Part shown: in pieces, positions 38,460-49,038 of the stretch
How the letters are laid out: every line of letters begins with the position of its first letter
Numbering within the stretch: position 1 is the first letter of the stretch
Origin: Mobula hypostoma
Taxonomy: Eukaryota
Reading direction: 5' to 3'
NCBI RefSeq assembly: GCF_963921235.1
Contig: NC_086097.1
Location: 212,724,001-212,788,000 of the forward strand
DNA: 64,000 nucleotides
Position numbers and translations under genes: made by a program
Notes under the pieces: generated by a model
Told to the model about the DNA's origin: nothing
Database searches by the model: none
The model's input: the letters and a program-made list of their open reading frames with translations, nothing else

Positions 38460-39395
38460 ATGACTGTGAGGGCAGTTTGCTGTTCTCGGTGTCGGATGTG
38501 GGAGGCCCTGGAGTCTCCAAGCCTCCCGGACGTCTACATCTGCGCCAAGTGCATCGAGATGCAGCTCCTAAGGGACCGCGTTACGGAACTGGAGCTGCAG
38601 CTCGATGACCTTCGTCTGGTCAGGGAGAGTGAGGAGGTGATAGAGAGGAGTGGAAGGCAGGTGGTCACGCCGGGGCCACGGGAGGCAGACAAGTGGGTCA
38701 CGGTTAGGAGGGGGAAGGGGAAAAGGAAGGTGATGGGGAGTACCCCGGCGGCTGTGCCCCTTAACAACAGGTACTCCTGTTTGAGTACTGTTGGGGGGGA
38801 CAGCTTACCCGGGGGAAGCGACAGTGGCCCTGCCTCCGGCACAGAGTCTGGCCCTGTAGCTCAGAAGGGTAGGGCAAGGAAGAGGAGGGCAGTTGTGATA
38901 GGGGACTCGATAGTAAGGGGGTCAGATAGGCGATTCTGTGGACGCAGTCCAGAGACTCGGATGGTAGTTTGCCTCCCTGGTGCCAGGGTCCGGGATATTT
39001 CTGATCGTGTCCAAGATATCCTGAAGTGGGAGGGTGAAGAGCCAGAGGTCCTGGTACATATAGGTACCAATGACATAGGTAGGAAAAGGGATGAGGTCCT
39101 GAAAGAAGAATATAGGGAGCTAGGAAGGGAGTTGAGAAAAAGGACCGCAAAGGTAGTAATCTCGGGATTACTGCCTGTGCCACGCGACAGTGAGAGTAGG
39201 AATGCGATGAGGTGGAGGATAAATGCGTGGCTGAGGGATTGGAGCAGGGGGCAGGGATTCAAGTTTTTGGATCATTGGGACCTCTTTTGGCGCAGGTGTG
39301 ACCTGTACAAAAAGGACGGGTTACACTTAAATCCTCGGGGGACCAATATCCTGGCAGGGAGATTAGCGGGGGCTACTGAGGTGACTTTAAACTAG
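38460..39395 (+). CDS. CR1 ORF1 protein: CxxC-CxxC zinc finger, leucine zipper, SGNH/GDSL esterase domain
   Basis: First ATG at 38460; the frame is open from 38403. CSRC...CAKC, heptad LRDRVTELELQLDDL, and esterase blocks VIGDSI, LPGA, HIGTND and DGLHLN. Confidence 0.92.
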   Translation: MTVRAVCCSRCRMWEALESPSLPDVYICAKCIEMQLLRDRVTELELQLDDLRLVRESEEVIERSGRQVVTPGPREADKWVTVRRGKGKRKVMGSTPAAVPLNNRYSCLSTVGGDSLPGGSDSGPASGTESGPVAQKGRARKRRAVVIGDSIVRGSDRRFCGRSPETRMVVCLPGARVRDISDRVQDILKWEGEEPEVLVHIGTNDIGRKRDEVLKEEYRELGRELRKRTAKVVISGLLPVPRDSESRNAMRWRINAWLRDWSRGQGFKFLDHWDLFWRRCDLYKKDGLHLNPRGTNILAGRLAGATEVTLN

Positions 39396-42300
39396 AATGG
39401 TTGGGGGGTGGGAATCAAATTAAAGCGGCTAGGTGTGAGGAGGTTAGTTCACAACAGAGGGATGGGAACCAGTGCAGAGAGACAGAGGGGTGTAAAGTGA
39501 GCGTAGAAGCAAAAAGTACAAAGGGGAAAAGTAAAAGTGGCAGGCCGACAAATCCAGGGCAAGCATTAAAAAGGGCTAAGAGAGTTGTAAAAGAGTGCCT
39601 GAAGGCTTTATGTGTCAATGCAAGGAGCATTCGTAATAAGGTGGATGAATTGAAAGTGCAGATTGTTATTAATGATTATGATATAGTTGGGATCACAGAG
39701 ACATGGCTCCAGGGTGACCAGGGATGGGAGCTCAACGTTCAGGGATATTCAATATTCAGGAGGGATAGACACGAAGGAAGGGGAGGTGGGGTGGCGTTGC
39801 TGGTTAAAAAAGAGATTAACACAATAGAAAGGAAGGACATAAGCCGGGAAGATGTGGAATCGATATGGGTAGAGCTGCGTAACACTAAGGGGCAGAAGAC
39901 GCTGGTGGGAGTTGTGTACAGGCCACCTAACAGTAGTAGTGAGGTCGGAGATGGTATTAAACAGGAAATTAGAAACGTGTGCAATAAAGGAACAGCAGTT
40001 ATAATGGGTGACTTCAATCTACATGTAGACTGGGTGAACCAAATTGGTAAAGGTGCTGAGGAAGAGGATTTCTTGGAATGTATGCGGGATGGTTTTTTGA
40101 ACCAACATGTCGAGGAACCGACTAGAGAGCAGGCTATTCTGGACTGGGTTTTGAGCAATGAGGAAGGGTTAATTAGCGATCTTGTCGTGAGAGGCCCCTT
40201 GGGTAAGAGTGACCATAATATGGTGGAATTCTTCATTAACATGGAGAGTGACGTAGTTAATTCAGAAACAAAGGTTCTGAACTTAAAGAGGGGTAACTTT
40301 GAAGGTATGAGACATGAATTAGCTAAGATAGACTGGCAAATGACACTTCAAGGATTGACGGTGGATATGCAATGGCAGGCATTTAAAGGTTGCATGGATG
40401 AACTACAACAATTGTTCATCCCAGTTTGGCAAAAGAATAAATCAAGGAAGGTAGTGCACCCGTGGCTGACAAGAGAAATTAGGGATAGTATCAATTCCAA
40501 AGAAGTAGCATACAAATTAGCCAGAGAAAGTGGCTCACCTGAGGACTGGGAGAAATTCAGAGTTCAGCAGAGGAGGACAAAGGGCTTAATTAGGAAGGGG
40601 AAAAAAGATTATGAGAGAAAACTGGCAGAGAACATAAAAACGGACTGTAAAAGCTTTTATAGATATGTAAAAAGGAAAAGACTGATAAAGACAAATGTAG
40701 GTCCCCTGCAAACAGAAACAGGTGAATTGATTATGGGGAGCAAGGACATGGCAGACCAATTGAATAATTACTTTGGTTCTGTCTTCACTAAGGAGGACAT
40801 AAATAATCTTCCAGAAATAGTAAGGGACAGAGGGTCCAGTGAGATGGAGGAACTGAGCGAAATACATGTTAGTAGGGAAGTGGTGTTAGGTAAATTGAAG
40901 GGATTGAAGGCAGATAAATCCCCAGGGCCAGATGGTCTGCATCCCAGAGTGCTTAAGGAAGTGGCCCAAGAAATAGTGGATGCATTAGTGATAATTTTTC
41001 AAAACTCGTTAGATTCTGGACTAGTTCCTGAGGATTGGAGGGTGGCTAATGTAACCCCACTTTTTAAAAAAGGAGGGAGAGAGAAACCGGGGAATTATAG
41101 GCCGGTTAGCCTAACGTCGGTGGTGGGGAAACTGCTGGAGTCAGTTATCAAGGATGTGATAACAGCACATTTGGAAAGCGGTGAAATGATCGGACAAAGT
41201 CAGCATGGATTTGTGAAAGGAAAATCATGTCTGACGAATCTCATAGAATTTTTTGAGGATGTAACTAGTAGAGTGGATAGGGGAGAACCAGTGGATGTGG
41301 TATATTTGGATTTTCAAAAGGCTTTTGACAAGGTCCCACATAGGAGATTAGTGTGCAAACTTAAAGCACACGGTATTGGGGGTAAGGTATTGGTGTGGGT
41401 GGAGAATTGGTTAGCAGACAGGAAGCAAAGAGTGGGAATAAACGGGACCTTTTCAGAATGGCAGGCGGTGACTAGTGGGGTACCGCAAGGCTCAGTGCTG
41501 GGACCCCAGTTGTTTACAATATATATTAATGACTTGGATGAGGGAATTAAATGCAGCATCTCCAAGTTTGCGGATGACACGAAGCTGGGTGGCAGTGTTA
41601 GCAGTGAGGAGGATGCTAAGAGGATGCAGGGTGACTTGGATAGGTTGGGTGAGTGGGCAAACTCATGGCAGATGCAATTTAATGTGGATAAATGTGAAGT
41701 TATCCACTTTGGTGGCAAAAATAGGAAAACAGATTATTATCTGAATGGTGGCCGATTAGGAAAAGGGGAGGTGCAACGAGACCTGGGTGTCATTATACAC
41801 CAGTCATTGAAAGTGGGCATGCAGGTACAGCAGGCGGTGAAAAAGGCGAACGGTATGCTGGCATTTATAGCGAGAGGATTCGAGTACAGGAGCAGGGAGG
41901 TACTACTGCAGTTGTACAAGGCCTTGGTGAGACCACACCTGGAGTATTGTGTGCAGTTTTGGTCCCCTAATCTGAGGAAAGACATCTTTGCCATAGAGGG
42001 AGTACAAAGAAGGTTCACCAGATTGATTCCTGGGATGGCAGGTCTTTCATATGAAGAAAGACTGGATGAACTGGGCTTGTACTCGTTGGAATTTAGAAGA
42101 TTGAGGGGGGATCTGATTGAAACGTATAAGATCCTAAAGGGATTGGACAGGCTAGATGCAGGAAGATTGTTCCCGATGTTGGGGAGGTCTAGAACGAGGG
42201 GTCACAGTTTGAGGATAGAGGGGAAGCCTTTTAGGACCGAGGTTAGGAAAAACTTCTTCACACAGAGAGTGGTGAATCTGTGGAATTCTCTGCCACAGCA

Positions 42301-42400
42301 AACTGTTGAGGCCAGTTCATTAGCTATGTTTAAAAGGAAGTTAGATATGGCCCTTGTGGCTACAGGGGTCAGGGGGTATGGAGGGAAGGCTGGGTTCTGA
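39380..42400 (+). CDS. CR1 ORF2 protein: APE endonuclease plus reverse transcriptase (no AUG before the endonuclease; frame open from 39380)
   Basis: NARS, GITETW, GGGVAL, YRPP, MGDFN, SDH, YRPVSLTS, YLDFQKAFDKVPH, GVPQGSVLGP and FADD. No internal stops. The preceding in-frame TGA is at 39377-39379. Confidence 0.95.
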   Translation, partial: GDFKLEWLGGGNQIKAARCEEVSSQQRDGNQCRETEGCKVSVEAKSTKGKSKSGRPTNPGQALKRAKRVVKECLKALCVNARSIRNKVDELKVQIVINDYDIVGITETWLQGDQGWELNVQGYSIFRRDRHEGRGGGVALLVKKEINTIERKDISREDVESIWVELRNTKGQKTLVGVVYRPPNSSSEVGDGIKQEIRNVCNKGTAVIMGDFNLHVDWVNQIGKGAEEEDFLECMRDGFLNQHVEEPTREQAILDWVLSNEEGLISDLVVRGPLGKSDHNMVEFFINMESDVVNSETKVLNLKRGNFEGMRHELAKIDWQMTLQGLTVDMQWQAFKGCMDELQQLFIPVWQKNKSRKVVHPWLTREIRDSINSKEVAYKLARESGSPEDWEKFRVQQRRTKGLIRKGKKDYERKLAENIKTDCKSFYRYVKRKRLIKTNVGPLQTETGELIMGSKDMADQLNNYFGSVFTKEDINNLPEIVRDRGSSEMEELSEIHVSREVVLGKLKGLKADKSPGPDGLHPRVLKEVAQEIVDALVIIFQNSLDSGLVPEDWRVANVTPLFKKGGREKPGNYRPVSLTSVVGKLLESVIKDVITAHLESGEMIGQSQHGFVKGKSCLTNLIEFFEDVTSRVDRGEPVDVVYLDFQKAFDKVPHRRLVCKLKAHGIGGKVLVWVENWLADRKQRVGINGTFSEWQAVTSGVPQGSVLGPQLFTIYINDLDEGIKCSISKFADDTKLGGSVSSEEDAKRMQGDLDRLGEWANSWQMQFNVDKCEVIHFGGKNRKTDYYLNGGRLGKGEVQRDLGVIIHQSLKVGMQVQQAVKKANGMLAFIARGFEYRSREVLLQLYKALVRPHLEYCVQFWSPNLRKDIFAIEGVQRRFTRLIPGMAGLSYEERLDELGLYSLEFRRLRGDLIETYKILKGLDRLDAGRLFPMLGRSRTRGHSLRIEGKPFRTEVRKNFFTQRVVNLWNSLPQQTVEASSLAMFKRKLDMALVATGVRGYGGKAGF
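39386..39392 (+). promoter_or_regulatory. Candidate -1 ribosomal frameshift slippery heptamer U_UUA_AAC
   Basis: ORF1 codons ACT TTA AAC TAG. The -1 frame TTT AAA CTA GAA TGG TTG is the ORF2 frame. Confidence 0.6.
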
Positions 42401-43580
42401 GTTGGATGATCAGCCATGATCATAATAAATGGCGGTGCAGGCTCGAAGGGCCGAATGGCCTACTCCTGCACCTATTTTCTATGTTTCTATGTTTCTATGT
42501 TTCTATATGTCAGAATGGGAGTGGGGCAGAGAATTAAAGTGACAGAATGACTGAACACCCAGGATAGTCCTTGCAAAATAGAGCCAGATGTGCTGTAAAG
42601 TGGTGACTTAATCTTCATTCTTTCTCTGTGGAGAAGACGACCTTATTAATATACCAAATTCATGGTGGGAATAATGCCAAGCAGGCAGGCTAATTCTCCT
42701 AAGCCCCATCCAGTGCTGTTCCTCTTTCACCTTCATGTGAGTGGCTTACGATGATATGTCCAGTTGGAGTCCATCGGTTCAGGAACACGAACGCACTTGC
42801 TCTACCTACTTAATAAGAAAATTACAGAAATGTGATCTGTCTCGGTATCAGAATCCGAACCAGGTTTATTATCACCAGCATGTGCCCTGAAATTTGTTAA
42901 CTTAGCAGCAGCAGTACAATGCAATAGATGATAATATAAAAAGAAAAAAAAAATCAATTACAGTAAGTATGCATATGTATATTAAATAGAGTAAAAAAGT
43001 GCAAAAACAGAAATAATAAAAGAGTGAGTTAGTGTTCATGGGTTCAATGTCCATTTAGGAATCAGATGGCAGAGGGGAAGAAGCTGTTCCTGAATCACTG
43101 AGTGAGTGCCTTCAGGCTTCTGTACCTCCTTCCTGATAGTAACAATGTGAAGAGGACATGGCCTGGATGATGGGTTCCTTAATAATAGATGCTGCCTTTC
43201 TAAGGCACTGCTCCTTGAATGTGTCTTGGATTCTATGGAGCCTAGTACCCAAGATGGAGCTGACAAATTTTATGAAGTTCTGTAGCTTCTTTTGGTCCTG
43301 TGCAGTAGCCCCCTGCCGCCCCCCACCGTACCAGACAGTGATGCAGCCTGTCAGAATGCTCTCCACGGTACATTTATAGGCGTTTTTGAGTATTGATCAT
43401 CTGCGAGGTGGAGACGTTATCACCAATCCGCACAGATTTTGGTCTTTTGATTAGGAAGTTGAGGATCCAATTGCAGAGGGAGATGCAGAGGCCCAGGTTC
43501 TGTAGCTTATCGATCAGAACTGTGGGAAGGTTGGTGTTCAATGCTGAGCTATAGTCAATGAACAGCATCCTGACATCGGT

Positions 43581-43805
43581 AAACAACAGGAATTCTGCAG
43601 ATGCTGGAAATTCAAGCAACACACATCAAAGTTGCTGGTGAACGCAGCAGGCCAAGCAGCATCTATAGGAAGAGGCGCAGTCGACGTTTCAGGCTGAGAC
43701 CCTTAGTTAGTCCTGACGAAGGGTCTCGGCCTGAAACGTTGACTGCACCTCTTCCTATAGATGCTGCCTGGCCTGCTGCGTTCACCAGCAACTTTGATGT
43801 GTGTT
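43581..43805. mobile_element. Palindromic Penelope-derived insertion (225 bp) with 13-bp TSD
   Basis: TCCTGACATCGGT at 43568-43580 and 43806-43818. Inverted arms 43618-43704 and 43719-43805 (87 bp, 4 mismatches). Confidence 0.85.
43709..43744 (+). ncRNA. Minimal type I hammerhead ribozyme motif (Penelope-type)
   Basis: AGTC-CTGACGA-AGG(GTCTCGG)CCT-GAAA-CGTT-GACT: stem I AGTC/GACT, CUGANGA core, stem II, GAAA, palindromic ACGU helix III, GUU cleavage triplet. Confidence 0.72.
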
Positions 43806-43977
43806 TCCTGACATCGGTGTTTTTATTGTCCAGGTACTCTAAGGCCATGTGAAGAGCTATTGACATTGCATCTGCCGTAGACCTATTGTGGTGATAGGAA
43901 CATTGCAAGGGGTCCAGGTCCTTGCTAGGCCATGACCAACCTCCCAAAGCATTTAATTACTGTAGATGTGAGTGCGA

Positions 43978-45315
43978 CTTTTTTGATCTTTTTGATTTTT
44001 TGATCTTAATCAATTCGGGTTAGCGATTCCTATTTTAGGTAACATATTTTTTCCTCCCTCTTTTACGGATCGCGCTTTTCAAACTTGGAAGACTAAGGGT
44101 ATTTTACGGTTTTTGGATTTATTTTTAGATGGTTCCCTTATGTCTTTTGAACAATTATCTAATAAATATAACTTATCAAGAATACATTTTTTTAGATATT
44201 TACAAGTTAGAAATTTCCTAAGTACTATACTTTCTTCCTTTCCAATGCTTCCTCCTATATATATTTTAGATTCGATAATTAACCTTAATCCATGTCAGAA
44301 AGGTGCATCGGCTATGATTTATAATATTATTATGAAACTTAGGAAAGCTCCATTTGATAAGATTAGGGTAGATTGGGAACAGGAATTGGGGCTTACCATT
44401 TCTGTGGATGATTGGGGGCAGATTTTACAATTAGTTAATACTTCTTCTATTTGTGCTAAACATTCCCTAATTCAATTTAAAGTGGTGCATAGAGCACATA
44501 TGTCCAAAGATAAGTTAGCACGTTTTTACTCGCATATTAATCCTTTCTGTGATAGATGTTCGGGGCAGATAGCCTCTTTAACTCATATGTTTTGGTCTTG
44601 CCCTACTTTGGAAACTTTTTGGAGAGATATTTTCAATATTATTTCTAAGGTATTAAATATAGATATCTCTCCTCACCCTATTACTGCTATCTTTGGACTA
44701 CCTAAAATTTCTAGTAATCTTTCCCCTTCAGCCCGTAGAATGATTGCATTTCTTACTTTAATGGCGAAAAGATGTATTTTACAACATTGGAAAGAGCTTA
44801 ATGCTCCAACTACCTTTTTTTGGTTTTCTCAGACGATTTTATGTTTGAATCTGGAGAAAATTAGAAGTAACCTTTATGATTCTTCATTTAAATTTGAACA
44901 GATTTGGGGACCTTTTATTCGATATTTTCATTTAATGTAATATTTACCCTTCTTGTTTTTTTTTTCACTGTTTTAATGGAGGTCGGGATTGAGGACGTGA
45001 TTTTAAGTTTAACTCTGTTTGGTTTCAAGTTAGCCCATTGCTTTGCTTTGCTTTTAGTTAGTTGCACGGTGGGTTTTTTTTTGGGGTTTTTTTTTCTTTT
45101 TTTCCATTGATATATATAAAATCTAGTATACTATTATGTTATCTTGGTTTCTTATGCTTAAATTACATTGTTTGTAGTATTTTCTTTTTGGTATTGTTAT
45201 CTTTTGGAATTTTATTATACTTTAACATTGTATTAATGTTTATATGGCTTACCTTTTTTGTATACTTACTCAATAAAAAGATTTAAAAAGAAAAAAAAAA
45301 AAAGAAAGAAAAGAA
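43978..45315 (+). mobile_element. L1-clade LINE 3' fragment with poly(A) tail
   Basis: ORF 44113-44940 has FFRYLQVR, IQFKVVHRAH, CDRC and HMFWSC (L1 ORF2 C-terminal zinc-binding region). AATAAA at ~45272 is followed by an A-rich tail. Confidence 0.88.
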
Positions 45316-45800
45316 AGACAGCCTGACATCAGCCTCTGAGACAGAGATCACAGGGTCACGGGGTGCAGCAGGAATCTTCACAGTTGTAGTTACATTCTTC
45401 CTTTCTCGCAGGCATAGAAGGTGTTGAACTCATCTGGTAGTGAAGCATCACTGCCATTCATGCTGTTGGGTTTCGCTTTGTAGGAAGTAATGTCCTGCAA
45501 ACTATGGCAGAGTTGACATGCATCCAATCATGCCTCCCACCTCACTTGAAATTGTTTCCTCACTCTTGAAATAGCTCTCTGCAAGTCATACCTGATCTGC
45601 TTGTACAGACCTGGGTCACCAGCAAGTTCTCGTTGGCACACAGTCATCCACACAGGTTTTAATGAAGTTGGTAACTACTGCAGCATACTCATCCATATTG
45701 GAAGATGAATCCCTGAATACAGCCCATTCCACCGATTCAAAGCAGTTCTGTAAGCGCTCCTGTGCTTTCCTTGTCCATAGCTTCTTGGATCTTGCTACAG
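45314..45800 (-). mobile_element. Continuation (upstream part) of the Rex1 LINE split by the L1 fragment
   Basis: CAGCCTGACATCAGCCTCTGAGACAGAG resembles the Rex1 junction at 13920-13950; further Rex1-like sequence follows. Confidence 0.7.
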
Positions 45801-46299
45801 CCAGGTGATCAGACTTTCCAAACTGTGGGCATGGGATAGAATATTAGGCATTCTTGATGGTGTTGTAATAGTGGTCCAGTGTGTTGCTTCCTCTGGTACT
45901 ACAAGTGATTTGTTATCTTATTTCTGGAGTTATATTGAGCATCTGGAATGGACAGGATGTCTCCCAGGTGCAAGATACCAGAATGCGTTGATCTGAGGAT
46001 GAAGTATCATATGGTTACATTAAAGAGGAAATCCTTGGACTTTGAAGTAAGGAAAATGAGGGATTCAAAGTAGTCTGTAAAAACCTTGGACAAACCTAAC
46101 ACTGAAACTTTTAGGTTCCATGTACACCATTTAAAACTGCCCCACCACAACTTGTAAATTCGAAATAATCTGAACAAACAGTTCTAATTTATTTTGGACC
46201 TCCACTTATTCTTACTGTATAAATCCCTAGCTTTCTCCTCTCGTTTTCTTTCTGTTAGTGAATGGCAAGTACATGTTTCCAGCTAAAGGAATGATTCAA

Positions 46300-46720
46300 A
46301 ACAGAAGAAGGTTGCAGTTAGGACATCTGTGATGATTTCACCTACTTCTTTTAAAGCTTTCGGAAGGTAACAGTCTGGCCCTGGTTTTGTGCCATTTGTT
46401 TCTTCAGAACTCTTACGTTCCTCATCTTAATTATGAGTCCCTGATTCTGATTTATTCTTTGTTTCCTTATACTATCTGGCAGCCTACTAAGTAATTATTC
46501 AACATATCTGCCATTTGCTTCATTTCATTTACAAGAACACTATACCAGTCTCCAGTAAGTGCTTTTGACTTCATTGTTTTCCTAAAATAGAATATTGAAT
46601 TTGATATGTTTTGTAAATTTGTTTTATATTTATTTTGTACTCTTTTATTGTTATGTTTTATTGTCAATTGGCTTTGGTAACTGATGTATCTTTTTGCATC
46701 AGCCTCTTTCACAGAGGCAT
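46300..46720 (-). mobile_element. Old CR1 ORF2 fragment
   Basis: KQMADMLNNYL matches KDMADQLNNYF in the intact CR1 ORF2. Confidence 0.5.
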
Positions 46721-47530
46721 TTTTTTACAATCTTTTTGTGTATTTCTCTAAGTTTTTTTGATATCCCTTAAGTCTTTACATGGTCCTAACATTTCTGGGA
46801 ACATGAGAATATAGAAAGGAGCTAAAGTCAGTCCTTTAAGGCTTCTGCTTTATTGAACAAGCTTTCTCCTCGAATCCACTGATCCCAGGTTTCCAAAAAG
46901 CTGCATTCTCAACCTTGAACATATCTAATGAATTACAATACCCCGCTTACTGAAGATGAAATTTCTAGGGATTCATAAGTGAGTGAAAAAAATGTCCTAA
47001 ACTGAATTTGTGTTTGCAAAATCTTAATAAAATCCTAATTTTAGAATCTCCAGTTGAGATGATTCATAATTGATTTCTAAACCAATATACATGGAAAGTT
47101 TGGTCATGGTCTGCTTATGTCAATCCACTTAGCTATCAAAATCCCCACTAACGTTTCCCAGCTTTGACTAAGTGTTGCTAAAATTATACATGAAACAACT
47201 TTGTAGCTCTGATCAGGGAATCAAAATGCATCTTCCCTTACAGTCTTAAAATAGTAATAATTGATTCTGTCCCTAATCATGACGCCAATTATCTTCCAAT
47301 TTTCCAGTCTTTCTTGAAGATTTGACTTTATTTTCCAGTTTGTACCATTTTGGCATCATCTTAGAAATTCCCAACATGCCACAATCTTCAAGTTGAATTT
47401 ACATCTTTAATTCCATTATAGTTCCTAATACCCTAAACTTTGCATAAAAATAAAAAAAGTCTAATCTGTATTGCAGATTTAATTTTCGCCTAATTTCTTT
47501 TGATTAATTTTGAGAGATCATCATTCTTTA

Positions 47531-47603
47531 AGTTCGGTATGGACTAGAAGGGCTGAGATGGCCTGTTTCCGTGCTGTAATTGTTATCTGGTTATATTGTT
47601 ATA
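47531..47603 (+). mobile_element. Short CR1-type 3' tail
   Basis: AAGGGCTGAGATGGCCTGTTTCCGTGCTGTAA followed by a GTTAT repeat tail. Confidence 0.5.
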
Positions 47604-48232
47604 AGTCATTGGATTTCGCTTCCGTTGCACACTATTCAGATATATAAGCTCATTCAGATCCTGCAACTGATCAAGAAAAAGAATGTCTTTACTTTAATCA
47701 ATATAGATCCTTGGAATTTTTTCCAGAGGGCAGTAGACTTTCAGCGATGAGTTAAAATCAAGAGGGAGGTTTTTAGACATTGAGGGAATCAACAAATGTG
47801 AGGAAAAAAAAGACAGGAAAGCATCATGAATGCAGAACTTCAGACATGATATCACTGAGTGGTAGAACAGATCCTGTGTGCCATTATTGTTGGGCCTTAG
47901 TATTTTATAATTGCATAGCTCTTTTCTCTATGCACTTTACCCACTTCCAAACCACTTGCTCTCTGAAGTCTTCAAACCACCAAAATATATGCATGGGTTT
48001 CCAACAACTCTATACTTGTACTCATCTGGATATTGCCACAAGACTAAAATGATCCTAACTTAAGGATATCTGCACTACCCTTTCTTGACCATTTCAATCT
48101 GTCAGCTTGGCTAACAGAGGCAACCAAATCAGCCTCTTACAAAGCCTTTCCTCCTTTGTTTGAGCAGTCCTTGCTTGGTTTCCATCTCCTCTATCTAATC
48201 GAAGCCAGCAACCTCCCCCCCTCCCCTCTTCT

Positions 48233-49038
48233 TACCTAGTTAATTCTGGACCTCTTATAATACTATTGATGCTCTGCTTTACCTCACCACCATTCCTCTC
48301 AAACCATACAATGTCTTTGTTTTGACAGGTCTATTGTCCAATGTTCAAACTTGGAAGAGACCTAGTTTCCTAAATTAAACAATCTACATCTTTCGTTCAC
48401 TGCAGCACACTCTGTTCAGGGCATGGTTATTCCACTCTCTGAACCAAGCTATTTGCAACTTTGACAGCTTTCTCCATTCCACGTTCTCTGCTCTTTCTGC
48501 AGCCCACATGTCATCCTTGGCTTCGGTGACACGATGTTCAATTATTCCTGAGTTTCCTATCCAGCTCCTGACAACTATAAGATTCAAAACTCTGCAATCT
48601 ATATTCTAATTGTATCTTGTCCCATTCATTCATCTGTGGCTAAAAAGGGATATCAGCTTCAGGTCCACTCAACTTTAAAATCTCAGTATCATCTCATCCT
48701 TCTGTATCTTTAGAATTTCCTCTAACTCTGTGGTGCTCTAGGAGCTCTAGGTTCCTTCAACTCTGGCCTTTAATCTAACAGCACCAAACACATCCTCAAT
48801 CATTTCGGACCCAAGCAATGTAAATTTCTCCTCTTCTTTGATCAAAGCCAGTAAACCTCCAGTATCATCTTCAATTTCTCCCATTCCTACCTGGTTAATT
48901 CTGGACCCCTTATTGTACTACTGATGCTCAGCTCTACCTCACCACCATTCCTCTCAAACCATACAATGTCTTTGTATGGACAGGTCCATTGTCCAGTGTT
49001 CAAACTTGGAAGAATCTTAGTTTCCTAAATTAAACAAT
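48233..49038 (+). repeat. ~150-bp direct repeat pair (48233-48383 and 48888-49038) in old LINE-like sequence
   Basis: Both copies read GTTAATTCTGGACC...ACCTCACCACCATTCCTCTCAAACCATACAATGTCTTTGT...AGTTTCCTAAATTAAACAAT. Confidence 0.85.

Larger units (their letters stand above)
38335..42505 (+). mobile_element. Apparently full-length, intact CR1 LINE
   Basis: Two uninterrupted ORFs (esterase-type ORF1; endonuclease+RT ORF2), a 3' UTR and an (TTTCTATG)n tail. CpGs are retained. The 5' boundary is approximate. Confidence 0.96.
42845..43977 (-). mobile_element. Rex1/Babar LINE (3' part, internally deleted) hosting a Penelope-derived insertion
   Basis: Minus ORFs [26 protein letters not shown] and [13 protein letters not shown]; tail AATCCGAACCAGGTTTATT. 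Confidence 0.85.

Noticed and set aside
38534..42423. Multiple antisense ORFs over the CR1
   Set aside because: Shadows of the intact sense ORFs.
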